Both the position numbers and the translations under genes were made by a program. A DNA stretch of 20,000 nt, from the IMG/VR virus record IMGVR_UViG_3300017528_000566. One strand, 5' to 3'. Shown here in pieces: positions 1 to 8,555 of the stretch (position 1 is the stretch's first letter; every line of letters begins with the position of its first letter). This DNA is from an uncultured virus (IMG/VR IMGVR_UViG_3300017528_000566) (lineage: Duplodnaviria; Heunggongvirae; Uroviricota; Caudoviricetes). The notes beneath the pieces were generated by a model, which was given only the letters and a program-made list of their open reading frames with translations, was not told the origin of the DNA and made no database searches.

Positions 1-1014
1 ATTTGGGAGGATGCATTCTGCCTTCGACGGGTAGACGAGTGGGAAGCTGAGCAGTCCGCTCTCGTAGCCAATCGGTCCGGCACCGTTCCCGTGGCGCGGC
101 GGGTATGTGGTGCCCACGAAGTGCCCGGCGGCGTCCCCCGCAAACACGTCGCCGCCGCCATCGGTTTCGAAGTCCCCGTTCGCGTCGGCGCTGCAGATAA
201 GCCGCTCGCTGTATGCACCATATTGAATGCAGGCTCCAACGAAGAGGCCCGAGTCTAATGCGACCGTTGCGTCAACCGGGTAGAACAAGGTGGGCTGACC
301 TGGCGGTGGGTAGGGAGCGACGACCTCGATCGGCGAGCCTTCGCGCCAAATCGCCGCGGCACGCCCCGAATCATAGCTGGCTTCGTCGACCGAGCCGACG
401 ATCACATGCCCATTCGGGCTCACATCGTTGGCTCGACTCTGGTTGCCTCCCAAGCCGCTGATTCCCGAGTCTCGAGTCCAGCGAAATGCCTCGTCGCCCT
501 GTTCCGAGAGGCTCCACCCTACGATGACATTGCCGGCGGCACTCACTGCTGTCGCGTAGCTCGCAGCCGCGCCGCCGGGTAGATCGCCGAGGCCGCTGAA
601 GCGCGCAACCTCGTTATCTGTGTTCAAGAACGAAAAGACTTTGACGACGACGTGCTGATGCACGCCGAATATACTGGACTCAGCGTCGACGGTGACTTCG
701 TACGTCCTGTCGCCATCCATCTCGGCATCATCCAATCCGGTGATCACGATATCCTGAGATGTCTGCCAATTGCTGTCATCGAAATGCAGCGGCGCAGAGA
801 CGCTCGCTTCGGAAGCGTCGGATGATGACGCGCTCACGATGAGCGTGCCGGGCGGCGGCTCGAGCAAGGATACCGTTAGCTTGACCGATTTCCCTTCCTC
901 AGATGTCACAAGCTCGGCGCTCGGGGTGATGTCGATGATCGACTCAGGTTGTGGGCAGGCGCTCAATCCTGCGAGACAAACGACGGTCTGGCAGCACCGT
1001 TTAAACGTAGACAT
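1..1014 (-). CDS. Lipoprotein with a Calx-beta/Ig-like domain followed by HAF-type extracellular repeats; runs off the window start
   Basis: Not in the ORF track. ATG at 1014 after AGGAG; frame open down to position 1. MSTFKRCCQTVVCLAGLSA-C lipobox; 'LHFDDSNWQTSQDIVITGLDDAEMDGD' is Calx-beta-like; 'GLGDLPGGAAASYATAVSAAGNVIVGWS..EAFRWT' and 'SRANDVSPNGHVIVGS' are HAF-repeat-like. Confidence 0.8.
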   Translation of the reverse strand, partial: MSTFKRCCQTVVCLAGLSACPQPESIIDITPSAELVTSEEGKSVKLTVSLLEPPPGTLIVSASSSDASEASVSAPLHFDDSNWQTSQDIVITGLDDAEMDGDRTYEVTVDAESSIFGVHQHVVVKVFSFLNTDNEVARFSGLGDLPGGAAASYATAVSAAGNVIVGWSLSEQGDEAFRWTRDSGISGLGGNQSRANDVSPNGHVIVGSVDEASYDSGRAAAIWREGSPIEVVAPYPPPGQPTLFYPVDATVALDSGLFVGACIQYGAYSERLICSADANGDFETDGGGDVFAGDAAGHFVGTTYPPRHGNGAGPIGYESGLLSFPLVYPSKAECILPN

Positions 1015-1054
1015 TAGTTAGCTCCTAGGTTCGAAAGTCAGAGACGCCGGCATC

Positions 1055-1061
1055 TACACCG
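1055..1061 (-). promoter_or_regulatory. CGGTGTA motif, putative phage promoter element
   Basis: 40 nt upstream of the ATG at 1014; same motif recurs upstream of other minus-strand units. Confidence 0.5.
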
Positions 1062-1269
1062 TCGTGGTGTGGGCGCTCGAACTTCGGTGGAGCCAAGACC
1101 CTGTTGATGGCGTTCCCGGCAGGCGTCGGACCCACCTGCACCCTCCAGTTGCCACACCGGGCGCGTGATCCCGGATCCGGATTCGGAGCTTTGCCTTGAA
1201 GTTTTGGGTTCCTGACGTGTCTTGGGGCCAGAACCCCCGGATAACGGGCAACGGAAAGCAGTGAATCAG

Positions 1270-2178
1270 ATGGCAACCAAGAGTCAGGCACCCAAGCGCA
1301 GCAAGCTCGCGATCGATGAGAAGCGCGGTACGCCAACCTTCATGGTCGACCCGCACAAGCTCATCATCGTGGGCTTCGATACGAAGCACAAAAAGGGTGA
1401 ACACCCGCTCTGGCAGGAGCGCGCTCTTGAGGAAGTAGACGAAAACCTGGCCCGGAATATCGCCACGGTCGGCTTCCAAAGTGTCATCCAGGTGCGTGTC
1501 GATGGCACCAAGTACGAAGTTGTCGCTGGCCGTCGACGCGTGAAGGCGGCTCGCCTCGCAAACCAGATGCGTGAGAAACTGGCGAAGGATTCCGGTGACG
1601 CGTTCATCCCGGTCAAGGTGGAATGCAAGATCGTCAGGGGCACTGACCTCCAGCATGTCGGCATGATGATCAGCGAGAACGCGAATCGTAAGGATGTCGC
1701 GCCGCTCCAGATGGCCGAAGATATCCAGGGGTTTCTGAACCTCGGGGCCTCTGAAGAGATGGCAGCTTCAGCGGCGGGTAAGACCGTTCCCCAAATGAAA
1801 CTCTTCCTGAAGCTGCTCGACTTGGACTCCAAGGTGCAAGCGGCGGTGCGCAAGGGCGAGATCTCGGTCAAGGCAGCGATTCAACTCGCGGCGCTGGGTC
1901 GGGAAGAACAGGTGGTTGAGCTCGCGAAAATCGAGGCCGGTGAGGCCGGCGCCACGGTCGCCGACGTTGAAGCGGCGGTGAAATCCAAGCGCACGGGTGA
2001 GGAGGTTTCTAAGGCTCCTGGTAAACGCCTGGTCAACAAGCTCTTGGAGAGCGACGACGGCAAGCGCGTACTGAGCGCCGCCGACAGTGTCCATGTGGTG
2101 CGGTGGATGATCGGCGAGCTGCCGGCACGCAACATCAAGGGGCTGGTTGATGCAATCCGGCTCGTCTCGGGTGGGTAA
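1270..2178 (+). CDS. ParB/RepB/Spo0J-family protein
   Basis: 'LARNIATVGFQSVIQVR..YEVVAGRRRVKAA' (GxRRxxA arginine patch) and 'ISENANRKDVAPLQMA' followed by an HTH-like region. Start placed at ATG 1270; GTG 1261 is possible. Confidence 0.85.
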   Translation: MATKSQAPKRSKLAIDEKRGTPTFMVDPHKLIIVGFDTKHKKGEHPLWQERALEEVDENLARNIATVGFQSVIQVRVDGTKYEVVAGRRRVKAARLANQMREKLAKDSGDAFIPVKVECKIVRGTDLQHVGMMISENANRKDVAPLQMAEDIQGFLNLGASEEMAASAAGKTVPQMKLFLKLLDLDSKVQAAVRKGEISVKAAIQLAALGREEQVVELAKIEAGEAGATVADVEAAVKSKRTGEEVSKAPGKRLVNKLLESDDGKRVLSAADSVHVVRWMIGELPARNIKGLVDAIRLVSGG

Positions 2179-2189
2179 TAGAGGGACCG

Positions 2190-2387
2190 ATGGTAGACAG
2201 CGACAGTAGGGAACAGCGAGCGTTTGACGGGGCTCGAGAGCTGCAAGTGGATGCGTGTGAGGCGGCCATGCTGGGACGCATCCACTACCGTCACGGGGAT
2301 TTCGCGCTCGCACGGGGCAAGGCTTTCGAGGCGGAGACGCTGTATCGCCGTGCTCGTACGTGGACGGCCCCTACCAGAATCGCCTGA
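2190..2387 (+). CDS. Small hypothetical protein, possibly extended to 2448 by a +1 frameshift
   Basis: GAGGG RBS directly after the ParB stop; 65-aa helical-looking ORF. Confidence 0.55.
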   Translation: MVDSDSREQRAFDGARELQVDACEAAMLGRIHYRHGDFALARGKAFEAETLYRRARTWTAPTRIA

Positions 2388-2477
2388 CACGGACGGCTTG
2401 AAGGATATCGCCGTCCAGCGGGTGGCCTCCTGGTGCATGTATTTGTAGACGCGGCTCTGTAGGAGAACGCGTAGACA

Positions 2478-2903
2478 ATGAACAAGATTGCTTCAACGAC
2501 TGAGCTTCAGGCGGAGCTTCAGCGGCTACTGGCGTACGCAGCGGGACGGCCATCACGTGCACGGATCGCCCGCGAGCTCGAACAGCTCGGTCGCCGTCTG
2601 ACTGCTGGCTTCGGAGATGCGACGGGGGAGCCGGCTGACTCTGCAAAGCGGCCCGGCGAATACAACATATTCATCCGTCACAGTCGGCCGACAAGGTGGG
2701 ACCTCTTTGTGGAGAACCCAAAGGGCGGCGGCGGTGGTTCGAGCTCATACCCGAGTGCAAAGCGCGCCCTGGCTGCCGCAGTGACGCGGGATACCGGGCT
2801 GCTGGAGCTGGATAAGGTATGGGTCATCATCGCGGAATGGAGCGCGTCTCAGGAAGATTACGTCGTCAGTAAGGCGTTCTGGCAGAAGCTGCCGATGGTT
2901 TGA
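2478..2903 (+). CDS. Hypothetical protein with an N-terminal 'AGRPSRAxIA' module shared with the ORF at 19578-20000
   Basis: AGGAG RBS upstream; 141 aa; N-terminus aligns with 19578..20000. Confidence 0.8.
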   Translation: MNKIASTTELQAELQRLLAYAAGRPSRARIARELEQLGRRLTAGFGDATGEPADSAKRPGEYNIFIRHSRPTRWDLFVENPKGGGGGSSSYPSAKRALAAAVTRDTGLLELDKVWVIIAEWSASQEDYVVSKAFWQKLPMV

Positions 2904-3002
2904 CCCCGCGAAAGCGCCCCGTTTGTGGCGACACGCCCGCGGGTTAAGCGCAAACGGCCCCGCTGGTTGAGCGGAGCCGTTCTCGTATGACGGGCACTGG
3001 TG

Positions 3003-3248
3003 TTAGGAGCGACGGCCGCGGTTGTTGAATTCGACCATGAAGGCGTCGGCTTCCTCGCGAGTCTTGGCCGGCACTCGGCAGCAACCGATGGTGCCGTTGT
3101 CGAGCATCCAGGTCCAACCTTCCGTGACCATTTCCCAGTTGGCCTTGTCCGCCTGGCTCGTGTAGGGGCTCGCGCCGTACGGGCTGACCCGGGAACCCGT
3201 GTGCTTGTTGATCCACACTCGCGCCGGAATAACTTCTACGATCCGCAT
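3003..3248 (-). CDS. Hypothetical protein (81 aa)
   Basis: GGGAGAG RBS before ATG 3248 (MRIVEVIPARVWINKHTG...). Confidence 0.7.
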   Translation of the reverse strand: MRIVEVIPARVWINKHTGSRVSPYGASPYTSQADKANWEMVTEGWTWMLDNGTIGCCRVPAKTREEADAFMVEFNNRGRRS

Positions 3249-3372
3249 CTTGCTCTCCCTGATTCCCGCTGTCCCTGTCTTGTATACGCACCAGCTCGGC
3301 AAATCTCCACGGCGCCGCGACGATTGGTAGCACCCTCACCCACTGGTGTGCGACGCCCTTCGGCTCGGGTTG

Positions 3373-3495
3373 TTACGCGCAGATGTCCTCGCCGGTTAGG
3401 CGCGCCCAGAGGACGGCAGCGATCGCGATCGGCAACATCGCAATGAACCACACCATGAACCGCACCTCATCCCAGGTCATGTTTGGGCGGCTCAT
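3373..3495 (-). CDS. Small single-pass membrane protein (40 aa)
   Basis: Below the ORF-track cutoff. MSRPNMTWDEVRFMVWFIAMLPIAIAAVLWARLTGEDICA; starts 7 nt after the upstream stop at 3503. Confidence 0.55.
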   Translation of the reverse strand: MSRPNMTWDEVRFMVWFIAMLPIAIAAVLWARLTGEDICA

Positions 3496-3502
3496 GAATG
3501 GT

Positions 3503-3700
3503 TCATGAATCGATGCCATCTACCCACCAGGTGTTGAGGCAAGTCCCGCACTTGTACTCGTAATCCGTGTAGCCGCCGCAGCTAGAGTCCCAGCAGCGTA
3601 CGGTCACAGATGCGCGAGAATGGCACGCCTTGCACGGGGCATGCGCCGGCTCAGCCTCTCCGAATGTGCCGTCATGCTCGGCGACGGGCTTGTCGTGCAT
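3503..3700 (-). CDS. Small C4 zinc-ribbon protein with TFIIS/RpoM-like spacing
   Basis: CKAC...YEYKCGTCLNTWW. Confidence 0.65.
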   Translation of the reverse strand: MHDKPVAEHDGTFGEAEPAHAPCKACHSRASVTVRCWDSSCGGYTDYEYKCGTCLNTWWVDGIDS

Positions 3701-3800
3701 GCGGTACTGTAGTGAATTTGCCCGCTGGATGTGCTCACCGTTTGAAGAATTGGCGACCGTAGTTTGTACCTAGGGCGAAGCACGAAGGGGAAACCGGACC

Positions 3801-4130
3801 ATGACGATGCGCGTTCTTGTGTACAAGCCCGAGAGTTACCGCGGCGAACTTCGCCAACTGGACGGTGAGTTGACCGCCAGTCTCGACGCAATGCAGGAGG
3901 TCGTCGGCGGGAATATCCAGATCCTTTACCTGACTAAAGATAGATCAATCGTCGCCGTTATGAACCAGGACGGCCTCCTTGAGGGGTTGCCTCTGAACCG
4001 TTGCTCCGGGCGACTTGGCTTGGTCGGCACATTTTTCGTGGCTCGAGTGGGCGGTGAAGACTTCGTTTCGCTCACCGATGTCGACGTGATGAAGGCCCGC
4101 GATATGTTCGACATGCCCTTGCACTCGTAG
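3801..4130 (+). CDS. DUF3846-like protein
   Basis: 'SLDAMQEVVGGNIQ..AVMNQDGLLEGLPLNR..LVGTFFVA..DFVSLT' pattern; AGGGG RBS. Confidence 0.75.
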   Translation: MTMRVLVYKPESYRGELRQLDGELTASLDAMQEVVGGNIQILYLTKDRSIVAVMNQDGLLEGLPLNRCSGRLGLVGTFFVARVGGEDFVSLTDVDVMKARDMFDMPLHS

Positions 4131-4183
4131 CCTTGTGGGGCAAGACCGCTGGGCCTCTTGTCACATGGGCTCAACGGCGAGGG

Positions 4184-4885
4184 TCAAGGACCAACGCCCC
4201 CACCCCTCAAACTCGATGCCAACGCTCCAAAGAATACCACCACAAGGACGACTGTGATCACAACGAAGCGCACCATGGCACGCACAAACTCGCCGACCGC
4301 ATCAACCCATGAATACGACCGAGCAGGTGTCAAATGGCACGATTGTCGGCCGGCAGCATGAAGCAACTTGGCAAGCTGGAACCGTGCAATTTCTGCGGCA
4401 ACGTCGGTAGCGTACCTGACGTTGAGTCCTTGTTCGGATTCATCGACGAGCCTTACGTGTATCCAGCACGGAATCGGGCCAGACCTAGTCCCCCTATCGT
4501 AAGGGTCATTGGGGTCGCGGGGCGCGTAGAGCCATGAAGTGTCTATGTTCAGGATCACGTCTTTGATCCGCTCGATTGGTACCCGCGCCGTCTCGAAGAC
4601 CCACCCCAATCGATGCGCTCTGATGACCAGCTCGTGTTCCTCGATGGTCGCTGTCGAGTAGTCACAGACTACGCCAAGCACCACGTAGAAGAGTGCGAGG
4701 AGCCCCAAACAGCCGATGGCCTTGAACACGGCCGAAATCGTCGGGGGCAGGTGGAGTAGCGCTTCGCGAGCAGGGGCTAGTTGAAAAACCGCCCACAAGA
4801 GGAACATGGCAAACCAAGCCCATTTGTTCTTGCCGTCGAAATCAAACTTCAACCGCTGTCTTCTGGGCCTGGGAGACGTGGGCAT
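4184..4885 (-). CDS. Membrane protein with about 3 TM segments around a PH-like beta domain
   Basis: Hydrophobic stretches WAWFAMFLLWAVFQL, IGCLGLLALFYVVLGVV and FVVITVVLVVVFFGAL; start uncertain (ATG 4885). Confidence 0.65.
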   Translation of the reverse strand: MPTSPRPRRQRLKFDFDGKNKWAWFAMFLLWAVFQLAPAREALLHLPPTISAVFKAIGCLGLLALFYVVLGVVCDYSTATIEEHELVIRAHRLGWVFETARVPIERIKDVILNIDTSWLYAPRDPNDPYDRGTRSGPIPCWIHVRLVDESEQGLNVRYATDVAAEIARFQLAKLLHAAGRQSCHLTPARSYSWVDAVGEFVRAMVRFVVITVVLVVVFFGALASSLRGGGVGP

Positions 4886-5074
4886 TCCCCAAAATCGATC
4901 ACCATCTCTCCGGTGTCCAGCGCGAATTTGACGGGCAGAAGGAACGCCTCGAATCGGCCACACGAGGCCCGCATTGAATCATCCGGATACGAAACGCCTG
5001 CCTTGCCTTGTGCGGGGAGGCGTTTTGATTGGGGTGCGGATCTTTCGTTACCACGGGCTAGTGGAGAGGTTTTG

Positions 5075-5539
5075 ATGGGCTACACATACGATCACCGACC
5101 GGGCAAAGTCGCCAGCGACAAGAGCGAAAAGAAGAAGGTAGAGGCCCTGTTCGAGCTGTTGGACGATTCAATCACGTCCGCCGAAGCGATCGTTTCGGAA
5201 CTAGGCATGAGCTTCGACACCGACCTACACGACGCCAGCAAGATCGCGGATGACCTTCTCGGGGACCTTCAGAACTGTGCGGATGTCGAGACCATCAAGA
5301 ACTTCGTGAGCAACCTTCACGAGGTCCAGCGGTACATGGGGCTGCTAGAGCCCGCGCTGAAGAAGGCAAAGAAGGATGCCAAATCGGAGGACGATGCCGC
5401 GGCAATCGAGGCGATTGAAGAAGCCATGGACGCGCTCAAGGACCTCAAGCGCGAGCTGAAAAGCGTCGAGGCTAAGATTGAATCGCCCGACGAGGACGAT
5501 GAAGAGGATGACGATTCGGAGGATGAATCCGAGGAGTAG
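5075..5539 (+). CDS. Acidic coiled-coil protein with a D/E tail
   Basis: GGAGAGG RBS before ATG 5075 (MGYTYDHRPGKVAS...); C-terminal DEDDEEDDDSEDESEE. Confidence 0.8.
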   Translation: MGYTYDHRPGKVASDKSEKKKVEALFELLDDSITSAEAIVSELGMSFDTDLHDASKIADDLLGDLQNCADVETIKNFVSNLHEVQRYMGLLEPALKKAKKDAKSEDDAAAIEAIEEAMDALKDLKRELKSVEAKIESPDEDDEEDDDSEDESEE

Positions 5540-5784
5540 CCGGCCAGTTTTGGCGGCACGTATCCGCGCATTCACGGCGGTTAGCGGATGGATTGGGCTC
5601 GTGTGGTCGAGTGTAACCCTGGGCTAAACGCTGCCTCTTGGGGACGCGGATCTGGTCCAACATCGGCGGTTATCCGGCGCTTTCGAGGTCATAACAGGGA
5701 CCACTTTGGTGCGTTATTGGGCCGCAACGGCACCGCTATTCGGCCGCTTCTGGCCCGGAAACGACCTGGGATCGCCCCGTTAGC

Positions 5785-6171
5785 GGTACCGAATAAGGGC
5801 GTGAACGGTACCAAAGAAGGGGCAGTTACCGGTACCAACGGTACCGCAGGGAGCGAATAACCACATGTCGGATGAGTACCGGAAGCTACTAGATGAGATC
5901 AGGCCCCGTGCCATAAACGATGACGCGGAGTACCAGCGAGCGAAGGCCGAAGTGAGCCGTCTGGTCGCCCTGCACGCCGCCCAGGGCGATGCCATCAACG
6001 AGATGATCGCTCTGCTATCGACGCTTCTCATGGCGTACGAGCTGGAGCAGAAATGGGAGCGTGAGCGAGACAGCGCCGAGCTCATTCAGGAGCGGTGACC
6101 CCGCGCCTTTGGTACCAATCGAAACCGCCCCAGTCAGCCTTGTGGGCCAACCGGGGCGAGGTATTGGTACC
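5785..6171. repeat. Cluster of six GGTACC palindromes flanking the small HigA-like gene
   Basis: GGTACC at 5785, 5807, 5831, 5840, 6111 (within TTGGTACCAA) and 6166. Confidence 0.7.
5865..6098 (+). CDS. Protein resembling the N-terminal domain of HigA antitoxins, with no HTH
   Basis: 'PRAINDDAEYQRAKAEVSRLV...EMIALLSTLLMAYE' resembles the P-x-x-I-x-x-x-x-E-Y-x-x-A ... L-L-x-x-L-x-x-x-Y-E HigA N-terminus; the ORF ends where the XRE HTH would begin. GGGAG RBS. Confidence 0.6.
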   Translation: MSDEYRKLLDEIRPRAINDDAEYQRAKAEVSRLVALHAAQGDAINEMIALLSTLLMAYELEQKWERERDSAELIQER

Positions 6172-6284
6172 GGCCCGGAGCGGATCGAAGGCCAAATTCT
6201 GACCGTCGGCTCAGTCTGACCAAGGCCTTTTCAGACGGCCCACCTGTCGCCCAGGCGTCCCCATCCGATTACTGAACGCCAAGG

Positions 6285-6572
6285 GTATTGTCCAGGGAAT
6301 CGTCCAGAAAACGACTGTCCAGACCGCACTTTTGCTTCGACCGCCTACCGAAAAGTTCAACAGTTTCGCTTGGGTAGCCGAGGAGAGACTCGAACTCTCA
6401 CTCTCGTAAGAGAACCGGATTTTGAGTCCAATGTTTATCCATGCTGGAAGCCTCCTGAGCGATATAATGGGGTATGAGCCTCCGAAACCCCACTGAACAA
6501 GCCCATACAAACGGCCCCATGGACAATCCGTGGACAATACATTACGAAGCGTGGACAATACCTATCGTCCAG
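6285..6572. mobile_element. Putative attP site: tRNA-Leu core with inverted arm-type repeats
   Basis: Left side: GTATTGTCCA 6285-6294 (reverse complement of TGGACAATAC), AATCGTCCAG 6298-6307, GACTGTCCAG 6313-6322. Right side: TGGACAATCC 6520, TGGACAATAC 6531 and 6552, TATCGTCCAG 6563. The tRNA fragment lies between them and the integrase follows. Confidence 0.75.
6372..6429 (-). tRNA. 3' half only of tRNA-Leu(CAA), the att core; not a complete tRNA
   Basis: Minus strand: GGA-CTCAAAA-TCCGG anticodon arm (CAA at 6424-6422), variable arm TCTC-TTAC-GAGA, T arm GAGAG-TTCGAGT-CTCTC, acceptor strand CTCGGCT-A-CC. No matching 5' acceptor strand or D arm upstream. Confidence 0.85.
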
Positions 6573-6615
6573 ACAGCCAGATAGTGGAGCTGGGCCTACA
6601 AAACAAGGGATTTTC

Positions 6616-7965
6616 ATGCAGCAAACACAGCCGAGCACCTCGAAAACCAACACAGGCCACAAGCCCGCTACTGGCACCGCCGAATGGCTCCCAAGTAGGG
6701 GCGGTCGGTACGTCGCGCGTATCAGCGTTCCCGGTGCAGCGGGTCGGGTACGGGAGGAGATGCTGGACGAGAACGGCGCCCCCCTTTTCACCAATAAGGA
6801 GCGGGACTGGGACGCCGCCAAAAAGTGGGCGAGCAGCTATTCGACGTCTGTGCGTGACCCTGCAGTACCGACGGCAGAGCGGCTGCGCCACCAAGTTAAG
6901 GTCAGGGCGTGGGGTGAGGAATGGACTTCCGGCAGCCTGTTCAAAAAGTACGGTGAGGTGAAACGGCTCAAGATCAAGAAGTCTGCCGGTGACGATGTGC
7001 GCCGGCTTGACCAGCATGTTTACCCATACCTGGGCGAGATGTCGGTCGCGGGCGTGCAAGACCAGGACGTTGAAACCGCCTTTGCCAAGGCATGGGAAGC
7101 GTACGAAAAACGCTACGGAGAGCCGCCGTCGCAGGGCACTAAACGACAGGTATACATGGTCACACATCGGCTATTCGACCTGGCAATCCGCCCCGGACGC
7201 TTGCGCGAAGACAACCCTGTTACCGATGACCTATTGCCCGCCAAGGGGTCACCAAAACTCTACAGCTATCTGTACCCGAGCGAGCTATTGGCACTCTTGA
7301 AGTGCGTCGATATCCCGATAGAGCGTCGCGTCTACTACGGAATCGCGACGTATACGGGGCTGCGCAAAAGCTCGATTCGGGTCAACGCTCGCGCTCGCAA
7401 TGACAACGCCATAAAACTTGAGAGCTACCTTTGGTCGTCCATTGACCTGGATAACTCGACGATCCTAAGCCTTGTAAACAAGAACGACGTACCGCAGATG
7501 TTTGCGCAAAACGATGCTGATCTTCCGGGTATTGGTTCGTTGATTCAGTTGCTTCGTCGCTGGCGAGAGTATTGCGGTTGGCCGCCTGACGATTCACCCG
7601 TGGTCAAAACCCTCCATTGCAAAAAGAAAGCAGAAGCCGAAACGCTTCGGAAAGACCTGCTCTGCGCTGGCGTGACCCGCGGAATCCTCTTCAACAACAC
7701 CGACAAGATCCAAGCGCTTCGCTTTCACGACCTGCGTGCCACGTTCGTGACTTGGGCCAAGCGCGCCGGGAAAGGGGACGGCTGGATTGCCGATCGAACC
7801 GGCCACATCACAAAAGAGGTCATGGACCGGTACAATCGAGCGGCACGAAACCTCGCCGATTTGCGTCTCGACCCTGGCCCGTTCCCGGACATCTCGCTCG
7901 CAATCCCCGAGCTCGCGGCGATCGACCTGTCGCAGTTGTCGGGGACAAGGCGCTACGCACGGTAG
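6616..7965 (+). CDS. int: Tyrosine recombinase / phage integrase
   Basis: Catalytic motifs TGLRKSS (R), FHDLRATF (HxxR), RTGH and MDRY (Y); N-terminal arm-binding-like 'GRYVARISVPG'; core-binding 'LDQHVYPYLGEMSVAGV'. Confidence 0.93.
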   Translation: MQQTQPSTSKTNTGHKPATGTAEWLPSRGGRYVARISVPGAAGRVREEMLDENGAPLFTNKERDWDAAKKWASSYSTSVRDPAVPTAERLRHQVKVRAWGEEWTSGSLFKKYGEVKRLKIKKSAGDDVRRLDQHVYPYLGEMSVAGVQDQDVETAFAKAWEAYEKRYGEPPSQGTKRQVYMVTHRLFDLAIRPGRLREDNPVTDDLLPAKGSPKLYSYLYPSELLALLKCVDIPIERRVYYGIATYTGLRKSSIRVNARARNDNAIKLESYLWSSIDLDNSTILSLVNKNDVPQMFAQNDADLPGIGSLIQLLRRWREYCGWPPDDSPVVKTLHCKKKAEAETLRKDLLCAGVTRGILFNNTDKIQALRFHDLRATFVTWAKRAGKGDGWIADRTGHITKEVMDRYNRAARNLADLRLDPGPFPDISLAIPELAAIDLSQLSGTRRYAR

Positions 7966-8270
7966 CCGTTGCGGCGCAATGCGCGTTGCACTGACGCCTC
8001 GATGTCGGTCGGAGGTGTTTCGGTCTTAGGCTCCACGTTCTTCGGGGTAATGCCCTTGCGTGCCAGAAACTTATCCAGCTCCGAACGCTTCATTAAGAGC
8101 CGTCGGCCGACGCGGCTAACCTCGCATTCGCCGCGTTCGGCCGCTGCGACGATGCGGCGCCACGGATATGGGTCCCTCCGTATGTTGACCCAGTCGTCGT
8201 TCCCGCTTGGACTCCCGCGCTCGACTAATAGGGTCAAGAACTCACGTAGTGTCAGGTCAAGAGGGTCCAC
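7953..8270 (-). CDS. Excisionase-like winged-helix DNA-binding protein
   Basis: 'IVAAAERGECEVSRVGRRLLMKRSELDKFL' resembles HTH_17/Xis; convergent with int and overlapping its stop; GTG 8270 preceded by GAGG and the CGGTGTA motif. Confidence 0.65.
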   Translation of the reverse strand: MDPLDLTLREFLTLLVERGSPSGNDDWVNIRRDPYPWRRIVAAAERGECEVSRVGRRLLMKRSELDKFLARKGITPKNVEPKTETPPTDIEASVQRALRRNGYRA

Positions 8271-8279
8271 CCTCGCCTC

Positions 8280-8286
8280 TACACCG
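8280..8286 (-). promoter_or_regulatory. CGGTGTA motif
   Basis: About 10 nt upstream of GTG 8270. Confidence 0.5.
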
Positions 8287-8555
8287 GACACAGCATCAGC
8301 AACGGGGGATTTGACACCGCAAAATCGGTCTCCCGCAGAGCACCAACCAGCACTCACCCCACGGGTCAACCAGCATAGTGAGGCGGATGGACGGCCATTT
8401 AATCGCGATACCGCCGCAGCTTTCGAGCTCGATGAAGGGCATGTGGGAGCATCGGTCAGGTACCGCTTGGTTGCCCCGTTTCAGCTTGCTCTATCAAAAT
8501 AACGTGCGAATTTACCAACAGTGCGTCGCTGTTTGACGCACCAAGGAGTAGTGCA

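Noticed and set aside
1171..1180. CCGGATCCGG palindrome upstream of parB as parS
   Set aside because: Single short GC-rich palindrome with no repeat and no match to the canonical parS consensus.
6372..6460. Complete functional tRNA-Leu gene
   Set aside because: The sequence 5' of the anticodon arm (GGCTTCCAGCATGGATAAACATT) cannot pair with the CTCGGCT acceptor strand and gives no proper D arm.
6463..6468. TATAAT as a sigma70 promoter for int
   Set aside because: No convincing -35 or extended -10 at the proper spacing; cannot be supported from sequence alone.
6520..6561. CRISPR array from the TGGACAATAC repeats
   Set aside because: The repeats are 10-11 nt with 1-11 nt spacing and no cas genes are present; integrase arm sites explain them better.
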